DNA of 63,311 bases, the filler included, from Octopus bimaculoides (Eukaryota): the NCBI RefSeq assembly GCF_001194135.2. It is 7 parts of 6 records of this genome, joined end to end, with 100 filler letters (N's around TTAATTAATTAA, not from the genome) between each part and the next. Parts side by side here need not be neighbours in the genome. Positions count along the whole stretch, not along the records: positions 24,312 to 28,818 come from NC_069009.1; positions 28,919 to 37,712 come from NC_068988.1; positions 37,813 to 59,100 come from NC_068982.1; 4 more parts are not named here. One strand, 5' to 3'. Numbering within the stretch: the stretch's first letter is position 1; each line of letters begins with the position of its first letter. This document shows, piece after piece, positions 26,572-38,584 of this stretch. A program made the position numbers and the translations under genes. The notes below the pieces were generated by a model. That model was not told where the DNA came from and ran no database searches. It worked only from the letters and a program-made list of their open reading frames with translations.

Positions 26572-26825
26572 GGCAGCGGACTCGCGGTTATAGGATAGCG
26601 GTTTCGATTCCCAGACCGGGCGTTGTGAGTGTTTATTGAGCGAAAACACCTAAAGCTCCTCAAGGCTCCAGCAGGGGATGGTGGCGAACCCTGCTGTACT
26701 CTTTCACCACAACTTTCTCTCACTCTTACTTCCTGTCTCTGTTGTACCTGTATTTTCAAAGGGTCAGCCTTGTCACAGCATGGCCGCTGTCAAATGACTG
26801 AAACAAGTAAAAGAATAAAAGAGTA
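26572..26825 (+). mobile_element. Chimeric SINE: B-related head and body joined to the family-A 3' tail
   Basis: B-box ggtttcgattccc; tcaaagggtcagccttgtcaca matches the reverse complement of the B body, then switches to gcatggccgctgtcaaatgactgaaacaagtaaaagaataaaagag. Confidence 0.7.
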
Positions 26826-26873
26826 CACCTGTATATATATGAATTAAGGCAAGGATTAAACAATGAAACTCAC

Positions 26874-27113
26874 CTTATGATACCGTTTTTCTACCTGAGC
26901 CAGTTGTTCTCGCATCTTTAACTGTGCCCTCCTCTGTGTGGCAATCAAATTCTCCAACTGAGCTAGTTGGTTGTCGTACATGCATTTGATGGCTGCCTCA
27001 TCAAAGCTGTGGTCCTTCATGTTATCCGAGTCGCGTTGCAGGGCTACAAATGGGTCGCCCAGTCCGAACCGGCCGTACTTTGCCTGGTACAGCAGCTGTT
27101 TGGCTTTCTCTGC
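26874..27113 (-). CDS. CTTNBP2NL: CTTNBP2NL-like exon 2 (AEKAKQLLYQAKYGRFGLGDPFVALQRDS...EKRYHK)
   Basis: Contains the family YG+F...DPF.ALQRD motif. Acceptor ttttattcttctcgattgcag, donor AAG|gtgagt. 240 nt, in frame with the neighbouring exons. Confidence 0.95.
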
Positions 27114-27298
27114 CTGCAATCGAGAAGAATAAAAAAAAAGAAAACTCAATCAATCAATCAATCTCTACCATCCATTCATCTATGTATCTGTCTGTCTATC
27201 TATCTGTTCGACTATATATCAAACCATCTGTCTTTCTGTCTGTCTTTTTATCTATCTTTCTGTCTGTCTGTATGTATATCTATCTATCTATCTATCTA

Positions 27299-27462
27299 TA
27301 GGCGTAGGAGTGGCTGTGTGGTAACTAGCTTGCTTACCAACCACATAGTTCCTGGTTCAGTCCTGCAGTATGGCACCTTGGGCAAGTGTCTTCTACTATA
27401 GCCTCGGGCCGACCAAAGCCTTGTGAGTGGATTTGGTAGACGGAAACTGAAAGAAGCCTGTC

Positions 27463-27499
<37 letters not shown>

Positions 27500-28052
27500 A
27501 GTGGCCGTGTGGCAAGTAGCTTGCTTACCAACCACATGGTTTCTGGTTCATTCCCACTGCGTGACACCTTGGGCAAGTGTCTTCTACTATAGCCTNNNNN
27601 NNNNNNNNNNNNNNNNNNNNNNNNNNNNNNNNNNNNNNNNNNNNNNNNNNNNNNNNNNNNNNNNNNNNNNNNNNNNNNNNNNNNNNNNNNNNNNNNNNNN
27701 NNNNNNNNNNNNNNNNNNNNNNNNNNNNNNNNNNNNNNNNNNNNNNNNNNNNNNNNNNNNNNNNNNNNNNNNNNNNNNNNNNNNNNNNNNNNNNNNNNNN
27801 NNNNNNNNNNNTGTGTGTGTGTGTGTGTATATGTTTGTGTGTCTGTGTTTGTCCCCCGCAACATCACTTGACAACCGATGCTGGTGTATTTACGTCCCCG
27901 TAACTTAGAGGTCTGGCAAAAGAGACCAATAGAGTAAGTACTAGGCTGACAAAGAATAAGTCCTGGGGTCGATTTGCTCGACTAAAAGGCGGTGCTCCAG
28001 CATGGCCGCAGTCAAACGACTGAAACAAGTAAAAGAGTGAAAGAGTAAAAGA
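27299..28052 (+). mobile_element. SINE family A: 5' half (27299-27463) followed by a second gapped copy (27500-28052) (between exons 1 and 2)
   Basis: Two successive heads separated by (TA)n; 3' half with (agtaaaag)n tail after the N gap. Confidence 0.9.
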
Positions 28053-28234
28053 GAGTATTATTTTCAAAATTAATTGAAACAACAGAAATATGGTAACAGA
28101 AGGGTTTAATCTAATTAAGGAAAGAAATGAAGAGTAAAGGAAAGGGTGTGTGAGTGTGTATGGATGGAAGAGGAGGAAAAAGAAGACCAGAAAGCAAATG
28201 CAAAAAAAAGAGAGGCACAGTGTGCCATACGAAC

Positions 28235-28336
28235 CTTCAGTGTTGCTATGACAACGTCACGGGCTTGCAACTCTCCTTCTAAGTAGCTCAACAGTCTCAG
28301 CAGGTCTGTTTTGTTCAAATCCATCTTTGGATGACG
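28235..28336 (-). CDS. CTTNBP2NL: CTTNBP2 N-terminal-like protein, first visible coding exon (RHPK-MDLNKTDLLRLLSYLEGELQARDVVIATLK)
   Basis: Peptide matches the family N-terminal motif (L..LLS.LEGEL.ARD.VI..LK). Acceptor ctttactctgcttctcttcgacag (AG at 28338-28337), ATG at 28324, donor AAG|gttcgt at 28234. 102 nt, phase 0/0. Confidence 0.92.
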
Positions 28337-28485
28337 CTGTCGAAGAGAAGCAGAGTAAAGGCATGAGTACGAGTGACATCTTGAGTGTGAACTGTGAGCG
28401 GTGATGAAACATTGTTTGAGCGGGAGTATTTGTGTATATAAGTGAGACCTTGTGCTTGTATCTGTGTATGAGTGTTGTTTGAGAG

Positions 28486-28760
28486 ATAATTAGTATACAT
28501 GAGAATTTGAGTGTGAGTGAGACCTCGACTGTGAGTGAACATATAATTAGTATACATGAGAATTTGAGTGTAAGTGAGACCTCGAGTGTAAGTGAAAATA
28601 TAATTAGTATACATGAGAACTCGAATGTGAGTGAGACCTCGAATGCGAGTGAGACATAATTAGTATACATGAGAAATTGAGTGTGAGTGAGATCTCGAGT
28701 GCGAGTGAGACATATAATTAGTATACATGAGAACTTGAATGTGAGTGAGACTTTGAGTGA
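28486..28760. repeat. 56-58-bp minisatellite, about 5 units
   Basis: ataattagtatacatgag recurs at 28486, 28543, 28600, 28656 and 28714. Confidence 0.95.
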
Positions 28761-29167
28761 GAGTGATATCTTGAGTGACCGACCAACCGACCGACCGACC
28801 GACCGACCGACCGACCGANNNNNNNNNNNNNNNNNNNNNNNNNNNNNNNNNNNNNNNNNNNNTTAATTAATTAANNNNNNNNNNNNNNNNNNNNNNNNNN
28901 NNNNNNNNNNNNNNNNNNGGCAACACCCTGAAACTAGTCTGCAGATGCCAAATCAGCAGGGGGAAGCTGCTGACCTCCCCTGTTCGAAGGTTATAAAGGA
29001 CACAGGTTTCGTGTGTCACATAGCTAGCTAGAGGCGATGGCTTCTTGGTGCTAATTCACGGCAGCTTTCGTCCTAATTTTGGGACTGCCATGTTGGCTTG
29101 GTGATAACTATTAATTTCCAGTACCGCTGCCGTAGTCTCCTTTAGAGAGACTTAGAAATATTAATAA

Positions 29168-29216
<49 letters not shown>

Positions 29217-29447
29217 CACATACACGCACATACACTTACACACACACACACATACACACATACGACGGGGAGGGGCTTCTATCAGTTTCCGTCTACCAAA
29301 TCCAGGCACAAGGCTTTTGTAGACTAGTCTCTTTATTTTATTCTATTATTTCGTTGTTTTTGGCTATATAGTACTGCATACTTTATTTGTTTAGCACAAT
29401 AGAGTGCGGATATATACATATATTAATTAATACATTAAGTTGCGTAG

Positions 29448-29788
29448 GCCTTTAGTCGAGCGAATTGACCCCAGGACTTATTCTTTGTAACCCTAGTACT
29501 TATTCTATCGGTCACTTTTGTCGAACCGCTAAGTTACGGGGACGTAAACACACCACTATCGGTTGTCAAGCGATGGTGGGGGGACAAACACGAGACACAC
29601 ACATATAAATATATATACATATATACGACGGGCTTCTTACAGTTTCCGTCTACCAAATCCACACACAAGGCTTTGGTCGGCCCGAGGCTATAGTAGAAGG
29701 CATTGCCCAAGATGGCACGCAGTGGGAATGAACCCGGAACCATGTGGTTGGTAAGCAAGCTACTTACCACACAGCCACTCCTGCGCCT
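29448..29788 (-). mobile_element. SINE family A, near-consensus copy lacking the extreme tail
   Basis: Direct similarity to 25957-26336. Confidence 0.9.
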
Positions 29789-30191
29789 ATATATATATAT
29801 ATATATACATATATCTATATATATGTATACATACATACATGCATACATGTGTGTGTGTGTGTGTGTGTGTAATGAAATCGAAGTGGTATTCCCTCGCCAT
29901 AAAAACACTTGTAAAATGTCCATCGATTGGAAAATCTTAGAAGGAATAAAACCTTAAAAAATTCTTCATCGGAAAAAAGGCATCATATCTTCCACCAAAA
30001 AGATTAAAAAAAGGGGGAAAAGGAAAGAAAAATATCAGATCATAGCAAGGATACATTTTAGAAAATAAAAGCCTTGAGAATGTTTCAATAGAAATTACAG
30101 AAGTGCCATTCTTAGTGGCACGGCGGAGATTCTTTAGGATTCTTCAACTAAATAAGAAATTTGAGGACCAATATATGTGATAGAAGCAAGC

Positions 30192-30223
<32 letters not shown>

Positions 30224-30484
30224 AGGATTGTAATGTTGGTGGTAATGAGGAGGAGAAGGAGACAGGGTTGATGCTGATGAGGATGATAATGATGATGATG
30301 ACGTAAATGATGATGCTGGTAAAAACCTTTCTAATGATTTTTACGGTTGAGCAGCGATGTACTTCCAATGGAATTCCATGTTCTTGATACATCTACGGCA
30401 TTCCTTCCTCCTCCTCTTCCTCCTCTCTCTCTATTTCTCTATCTCTCCCTCCCTCTCTCGCTCTCTCTTCTCCAGCTGCTGCTG

Positions 30485-30515
<31 letters not shown>

Positions 30516-30576
30516 AACACTATCACTCTCAATGTGACATTTCCACTACTGCTATTACTATTAATACAGCATTTCC

Positions 30577-30622
<46 letters not shown>

Positions 30623-30688
30623 AACCACCACCACCACCACCACCATTACCACTACTACTACTACTACAACCACCACCACCACCACCAT

Positions 30689-30729
<41 letters not shown>

Positions 30730-31340
30730 TATGCATTCATTTGTTTGTTTATTGTTGTTTTTTCTAATTCCTGCTGTCAGTATCATCGCCGCTATTTACC
30801 GTCGATGTCGCCACTGTCGCTACATCACTGCTACTGCTACTACTGACTGAAACCCAAAGGCCGCCATTACAGCACTACCAACCACCAACCATCACCACCA
30901 CCACCACCACTACACAATGCACAAATAACCACCTCTCTGTTAACATGGCAACCGCTGCCTCAAACCCTATCAATTTATAAAGGGGATAAGGTTACTACTA
31001 CTGCTACTGCCGCTGCTGCTACAGTGTCGTGTTTGACGTTCGATTGAGGCGAACTATAGGGAGTCGATTTAACCCAGCCGTCTGCCATAATTCTGAGATC
31101 CGCATGTTAAACGGAAACCAATCACAGAGAATGGTACTCCCCACGGAGGATACAATACTCATTATAGTGGAATCCGCAGCGGTGGAATAACAAAAAAACT
31201 ATAAAAACCTATGATACATCTGTCAGTAGTTTTTTTTCAAATGCCGTGTACAACGGTGAATCATGCATTCATTCATTCATACATACCACAATTCTATATA
31301 TAGAGAGAGAGATATTCTTATATTCTTATATTCTTTTATT

Positions 31341-31823
31341 CTTTTCTTCTTTTACTTGTTTGAGTCTTTTGACTGCGGCCATGCTGTTGCACTGCCTTTT
31401 AGTCGAAGAAATCGACACCCAGGACTTCTTCTTTGTAAGCCTAGTTCTTATTCTATCGGTCTCTTTTGCCGAACCGCTAGGATACCGGGACGTAAACACA
31501 TCAACGCTGGTTGTCAAGCGATGGTCGGGGGACAGACAGAAACACACACACACACACACANNNNNNNNNNNNNNNNNNNNNNNNNNNNNNNNNNNNNNNN
31601 NNNNNNNNNNNNNNNNNNNNNNNNNNNNNNNNNNNNNNNNNNNNNNNNNNNNNNNNNNNNNNNNNNNNNNNNNNNNNNNNNNNNNNNNNNNNNNNNNNNN
31701 NNNNNNNNNNNNNNNNNNNNNNNNNNNNNNNNNNNNNNNNNNNNNNNNNNNNNNNNNNNNNNNNNNNNNNNNNNNNNNNNNNNNNNNNTGGGACTGAACC
31801 CGGAATCATGTGGATGGGAAGCA
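31341..31823 (-). mobile_element. SINE family A (gapped)
   Basis: Tail and 3' half at 31341-31560, head fragment at 31789-31823. Confidence 0.85.
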
Positions 31824-31993
31824 ACCGTGACCGTACCGCCTTCTTCCAATATGCAGAGAATACTGGATCACGTTATCCAACGTAACCTTTCCAGAGATGG
31901 CAGGGATTAATTTTGTGGCTGCTATTTCTACCAAACCGAACAACTACGCAGAAGCCGCTTAACTGGGGGCTTTGCTATAGTTTCTGTTGTTGA

Positions 31994-32036
<43 letters not shown>

Positions 32037-33444
32037 GATCTTGACTGATCTGCAGCCCTTGATCAAGATGAATCCCTGTTTGTGAGCCTGGCACCCGTTT
32101 ATGTGTCAGACACTCGCCGTCCTCTACTCATCAGGTAAAGTCCCTCGTGGAAGTTCTATATTAGCATAACATAGAGATCTAGTTGTGGGCAAAAAGCAAT
32201 GACGTTGTCGAAAAAACTCTAGGCATCAACGAGAACGAACTAATTGCTGGAGTCGATAAAATAAGTACCAGTTATGCAATGGGGTGAGGACATTCGGGTT
32301 GGAAATTACTGTGGTTTACTTCGAAAAATCTTTGGCCTGACAGTCTACCAGGGGCTTCAAAGGTCGGGAATAAACCCTACAAGTTCGAAAGTTCTGCCAA
32401 ACGGGTCTGTTCGAGATGTGCGCAAAGTAACACATGATTCTGCGCACTTTCGCTCAATCTGTGTGTGTGCGTGTGTGTCAGTGTGTGTATATGTGTGAGT
32501 GTGTGTGTGAGTGTGTGTGTGTGAGTGTTTGTGTGTGAGTGTGTGTGTAAGTGTGTGTGTGTGAGTGTGTGTGAGTGTGTGTGTGTGAGTATGTGTCAGT
32601 GTGTGTATGCATGTGTGTGAGTGCATCAGTGTGTGCCTCAGTGTGTGCCTCAGTGTGTGCGTCAGTGTGTGTGTGTGTATGTGAGTGTGTGTCACTGTGT
32701 AAGTGTGCGTGTGTGTGCATGTGTGTGTGTGAATGTGTGTGCATGGGTACGTGTGTGTGTGTGTGTGAGTGTGTGCGTGAATGTGTGTATCTGTGTGTGC
32801 GCATGAGCGTGTGCATCTGTGTGTGTGTGATTTTGTGTCTGTGTTTATGCGTGTAGTTGTCCTCCACCATCGCTTGACAACAGCTGTTGGTGTGTTTACG
32901 TCCCCGCAATTTAGTGGTTCCACAAAAGACACCTGCGAGATTAGGTACCAAGCTTTAAATAATAATAATAACTCCTAGAAATGATTCCGTCGACAAAAAC
33001 CCTTCCAGGCGCTGCTCCAGCATGACTGCAGTCTAATATTTTAAACGTTGGATGATGTTTACGTAACTGAGCAGCCGAAGTTATATTATGGAAGCCTTGA
33101 AGAGTAAAAAGAAATACAAAAGATATAAATAACAGAATATAACAGAATATAAAGAGAAAAGTCTTCCAAATTTTGACATGATACTGAAAACTAAAAAACC
33201 TCTTGGCATTTTCATGTGAAACCCTAGTGAGACTAATCTATTTAGAGTCACGCAAGTCATTCTTTTTAACAAAGATTTCGTACTTTTTTCGGTTATGTTT
33301 TGCTACGTCTCATGTTTCATAGTTATTTAATATTGAGTCGTTGACTTTTCCTTTTGTTATATACATACGTACATACATACGTATGTATGCATGTATATAT
33401 GTATGTATATATGAGTGTATATATTCTTTCTATATATAAGCTGA

Positions 33445-33508
<64 letters not shown>

Positions 33509-33618
33509 ACAGATCAGAGAGAGATGCCGGCAATTTCGCTTTTGTTTTCTTTCTTTTTAATTTTGTAGTTGCTGTTGTTATTCTGATTGTGAAACACAGA
33601 ATGCAACGAATAAACAAA

Positions 33619-33649
<31 letters not shown>

Positions 33650-34010
33650 AAACAACAACTGTCAACATGTAAAAAAAAAAGTCATAGAATGAATATCTAT
33701 TGTTTAAAATGGATAGGTGAAAGATTTATTTATTTATCGTTCGTTTATACATTTATTTTCTAAAGATAAAAAAATATATACAATGAACAAAAGAAATTCT
33801 TAAAAACGGAAGTGAAGGGTTATTCTATTTCGTAACATAATATTGAGGTTCATGATTTCAAAGAGATAATGGAACTTGATAACGTCCATAAGATAATGTA
33901 AATTCGTTATGATAATATTCATTTTGTTTCTTTTTTTTTTTTTTTTTTTTTTTTCTCAATGAGCTGGCAGAATCGATAGCAACGCTGGACGAAATGCTAA
34001 ACCGTATTTC

Positions 34011-34263
34011 ACATCGGTTGTCAAGTGATGCTGGGGGGGACAAACACAGACACACAAACATATACACACACATATACATATATACATATACATATATATA
34101 CGACGGGCTTCTTTCAGTTTCCGTCTACCAAATCCACTCAGAAGGCTTTGGTCGGCCCGAGGCTATAGTAGAGGACACTTGCCCAAGGTGCCACGCAGTG
34201 GGAATGAACCCGGAACCGTGTGGTTGGTAAGAAAGCTACTTACCACACAGCCACTCCTACGCC
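34011..34263 (-). mobile_element. SINE family A, directly abutting a family-C head fragment (33958-34010, +)
   Basis: Near-consensus 5' half and centre. Confidence 0.88.
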
Positions 34264-34610
34264 ATTGTAAAGAATTTTTTTAAAAATCAATACCGGCTTA
34301 GTTAATTACGGTTTAGAATTAATTGCCAGCATTCGGATGAAGACGGTGTGTGTGGCTTAGTGGTTAAGGGTGATGGACTCATGATCTTGCGATCATGGTT
34401 TCGATTTCAGGGTCGGGCGATGCGTTGTGTTTTTCAACAAAACACGTTTTGACGATTCTCTAGTCCACACAACTGCAAATGAATGACCCTGCGATGTACA
34501 GGAGCCCCATTAAATGGGGGAATGTTGTTTTCTCGGTTACTTATACACCATACGGTCCGGGGTGAGCGGCCTTACGAGAGTTAGAGACACTGGCGTCTGG
34601 GCGAGATGTA

Positions 34611-34792
34611 TTCTTTTGCTTATTTCAGTCATTTTGACTGCGGCCATGCTGGAGCACCGCCTTTAGTCGAACAAATAGACTCCGATACTTATTCTTTGTA
34701 AGCCTCGTACTTACTCTATCGGAACTGCTAAGTTACGGGGACGGAAACACACCAACATCGGTTGTCAAGCGATGGTACGGAGACAAAGACAG

Positions 34793-34869
<77 letters not shown>

Positions 34870-35030
34870 CGGCGGGGTTCTTTCAGTTTTCATCTACCAA
34901 ATCCACTCACAAGGCTTTGGTCAGCCTGAGGTTATAGTAGAAGACACTTTCCCAAGCTGCCATGTAGTGGGATTGAACTCGGAACCAGGTGGTTGGGAAG
35001 CAAGCTTCTTACCATACAGCCACTCCTGCG
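34611..35030 (-). mobile_element. SINE family A with expanded central (TA)n
   Basis: Full head-to-tail similarity to other copies. Confidence 0.88.
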
Positions 35031-36696
35031 ACTTACTTACTTTTTCTTTTCACGTTGAGCTATAAGTCCATCGAGGTATATTACATAAAATCAAAATCTT
35101 CTCTAATTGCCACCAAGAACATATAGATATTGTTAATATTATGTTAATTGTCGTGCGGCGAACTGGCAGAAACGTTAGCACGCCGCGTGAAATGAATAAT
35201 GGTACTCCATCTGTCTTTACGTTCTGAGTTCTAATTCCACCGAGGTCGACTTTTTCTTTTATCTTTCCGCAGTTGGAAATGAATATTATTTTAGTTGTAG
35301 TTAGACATTTCGACTTAAAATGTTTTGTTTTATTCTAATCGGTTAAAGCTATACGATGTATAATAGGGAGGAGAAATCTGCAGAGTATGTACTTGGTAAA
35401 TATAAGCACATGTATGTGTGTATGTATACACAGATATGCATACATACATACACACAAACGCGCGCGCGCGCGCATATGATTGTGTACATGTCATGTATTT
35501 GGATGGTAAATCATTTTCGAGATATGTTCTGGTGAAAGCACACACATATGCAAATATTCAAATACCTATAAATTACATATGAATATGTCTCAGTTTGCAC
35601 GCATTATGCAAGCATAAACATATGAATATATATCTATCTATCTATCCATCTATCTATTTATATATCTATCTATCGGTCTATCAATCTCTCTATCTATCTA
35701 TCTATCTATTTATCTATCTATCTATTTATTTATCTATCTATCCGTCTCTCTATATATATACGTGTGTGTATGTCTATGTATGCATATGTGTGTATATATA
35801 TATNNNNNNNNNNNNNNNNNNNNNNNNNNNNNNNNNNNNNNNNNNNNNNNNNNNNNNNNNNNNNNNNNNNNNNNNNNNNNNNNNNNNNNNNNNNNNNNNN
35901 NNNNNNNNNNNNNNNNNNNNNNNNNNNNNNNNNNNNNNNNNNNNNNNNNNNNNNNNNNNNNNNNNNNNNNNNNNNNNNNNNNNNNNNNNNNNNNNNNNNN
36001 NNNNNNNNNNNNNNNNNNNNNNNNNNNNNNNNNNNNNNNNNNNNNNNNNNNNNNNNNNNNNNNNNNNNNNNNNNNNNNNNNNNNNNNNNNNNNNNNNNNN
36101 NNNNNNNNNNNNNNNNNNNNNNNNNNNNNNNNNNNNNNNNNNNNNNNNNNNNNNNNNNNNNNNNNNNNNNNNNNNNNNNNNNNNNNNNNNNNNNNNNNNN
36201 NNNNNNNNNNNNNNNNNNNNNNNNNNNNNNNNNNNNNNNNNNNNNNNNNNNNNNNNNNNNNNNNNNNNNNNNNNNNNNNNNNNNNNNNNNNNNNNNNNNN
36301 NNNNNNNNNNNNNNNNNNNNNNNNNNNNNNNNNNNNNNNNNNNNNNNNNNNNNNNNNNNNNNNNNNNNNNNNNNNNNNNNNNNNNNNNNNNNNNNNNNNN
36401 NNNNNNNNNNNNNNNNNNNNNNNNNNNNNNNNNNNNNNNNNNNNNNNNNNNNNNNNNNNNNNNNNNNNNNNNNNNNNNNNNNNNNNNNNNNNNNNNNNNN
36501 NNNNNNNNNNNNNNNNNNNNNNNNNNNNNNNNNNNNNNNNNNNNNNNNNNNNNNNNNNNNNNNNNNNNNNNNNNNNNNNNNNNNNNNNNNNNNNNNNNNN
36601 NNNNNNNNNNNNNNNNNNNNNNNNNNNNNNNNNNNNNNNNNNNNNNNNNNNNNNNNNNNNNNNNNNNNNNNNNNNNNNNNNNNNNNNNNNNNNNNN

Positions 36697-36872
36697 ATGC
36701 TGGTGTGTTTACGTCCCCGTAACTTAGCGGTTCGGCAAAGGAGACCCGATAGAATCAGTACTAGGCTTACAAAGAATAAGTCCTGGGGTCGATTTGCTCG
36801 ACTAAAGGCGGTGCTCCAGCATGACCACAGTCAAATGACTGGAACAAGTAAAAGAGTAAAAGAGTAAAAGAA
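36697..36872 (+). mobile_element. SINE family A, 3' half
   Basis: gctggtgtgtttacgtccccgtaacttagcggttcggc...gactggaacaagtaaaagagtaaaagagtaaaag. Confidence 0.88.
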
Positions 36873-37125
36873 TAGTGATCAAAAGTCCGTGCCGCACATT
36901 AGCTCACTCTCTCTCTCCATCAAATCGACGTCGCCTGAACAGAGGCACAGTGTGGCATGAGTCAAGTATCGAAGTGATCGCAGAGCAACGTGCGATGAAG
37001 TGTTTTGCTCAAGAGCACAACACAGCACCCGGTCTAGGAACTGAAACCACGATCGCTAGATCGCGAATGAAACACCCTATTGCTTATAAGCATATATGCA
37101 TATATATATGTATATGTATATATAC

Positions 37126-37197
<72 letters not shown>

Positions 37198-37812
37198 NNN
37201 NNNNNNNACAAATCCTTTAATTTAATATTAAATTAAATATATATATACATACAGTGTATGTATACATACATACATACATACATACATACATACATACGTA
37301 CATACATACATACATACACGCGCTCACATATACATTCATACATAAATATATATATATATTTATATATACAACAGAAAATAGAAGCGATAGAAGAAAAACC
37401 ATTCGGATCTCGGTATTTCTCCTCGTGTTTATAACTCTGGTATTTTCCCATAATTCTCTTATATCTATATAATTCTGTTACTTGCCTACAATTCTTTTAT
37501 ATGTATATAATTCCATTATTTGCGTAAAATTCTGTATAAACTTTGAAATAGGTGTATGAATACACAGGAGGGGGTGAGACAGGCAAACAATACTATAAAA
37601 ATATGTTCTGTTGCTGATGGGGATAGGGGTGGTGGCGGTGGTGGTGGTGGTGGTGGTGGTGATGGTGATGGTGATGGTGATAGTGTTGATGGTGGTGGTG
37701 GTGGTGGTGGTGNNNNNNNNNNNNNNNNNNNNNNNNNNNNNNNNNNNNNNNNNNNNTTAATTAATTAANNNNNNNNNNNNNNNNNNNNNNNNNNNNNNNN
37801 NNNNNNNNNNNN

Positions 37813-37844
<32 letters not shown>

Positions 37845-38129
37845 TATACATATATAGATACATATATACATGCATTCTTACATATATATATATATATGTG
37901 TGTTTGTATATATACATATGCACATATATATGTATGGATGTATGGATGTATGGATGTAATGTATGTGTATATATATATATATATATATACGTATATGTAA
38001 ATATGAATGTATGCATGTTTTCATATATATTGTAACAAGACAAACCCCTTAACCCCTTTGGGGTTTTTGGAGCGCTGCATCCATGCATTGTACCTTGGGC
38101 CAAAACGCCTGGCGAAGCCCATCCCTCTC

Positions 38130-38281
38130 CAAGCTAAACTCATTTCTACAGCCGAGTGCACTGGAGCAACGTGAAATGAGATGCTATGCTCAAGAACATA
38201 ACACAGTGTCTGGTCAAAGAATCGAAACCACAATCTTGTGATCGTAGATCCACCACCCTAACCACTGAGCCCAGCGCCTCC
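38130..38281 (-). mobile_element. SINE family B-related head
   Basis: ctggagcaacgtgaaatga...gaatcgaaaccacaatcttgtgatcgt...cctaaccactgagcc; related heads at 36960-37080 (-) and 34342-34440 (+). Confidence 0.7.
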
Positions 38282-38429
38282 AAATTCATGTATATGCAGA
38301 TATCTACACAGAGATATCCATTTATGTATTATATGAAATGAATGTTCTGTGCATATCTGCATTTGCGGCTCTGTGTTGGTATGTATGTATGTATGTATGT
38401 ATATACATGCATGTACGTGTGTTTGTGTG

Positions 38430-38480
<51 letters not shown>

Positions 38481-38522
38481 GTTTGTGTGNNNNNNNNNNN
38501 NNNNNNNNNNNNNNNNNNNNNN

Positions 38523-38584
<62 letters not shown>

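Noticed and set aside
28115-28234. ORF-track extensions of the CTTNBP2NL exons (VRMAHCAS..., MSFLFFYSSRLQ, MTARAQLVC...)
   Set aside because: They are read-through into introns beyond clear GT/AG sites.
28486-28760. CRISPR-like array (constant 18-mer with regular spacing)
   Set aside because: The intervening sequences are copies of one another, so it is a minisatellite; eukaryotic context and no cas genes.
29056-29091. gccaacATGg strong-context start on the gene strand (MAVPKLGRKLP*) as the missing first exon
   Set aside because: Stops after 11 codons and the only nearby GT gives the wrong phase for the RHPK exon.
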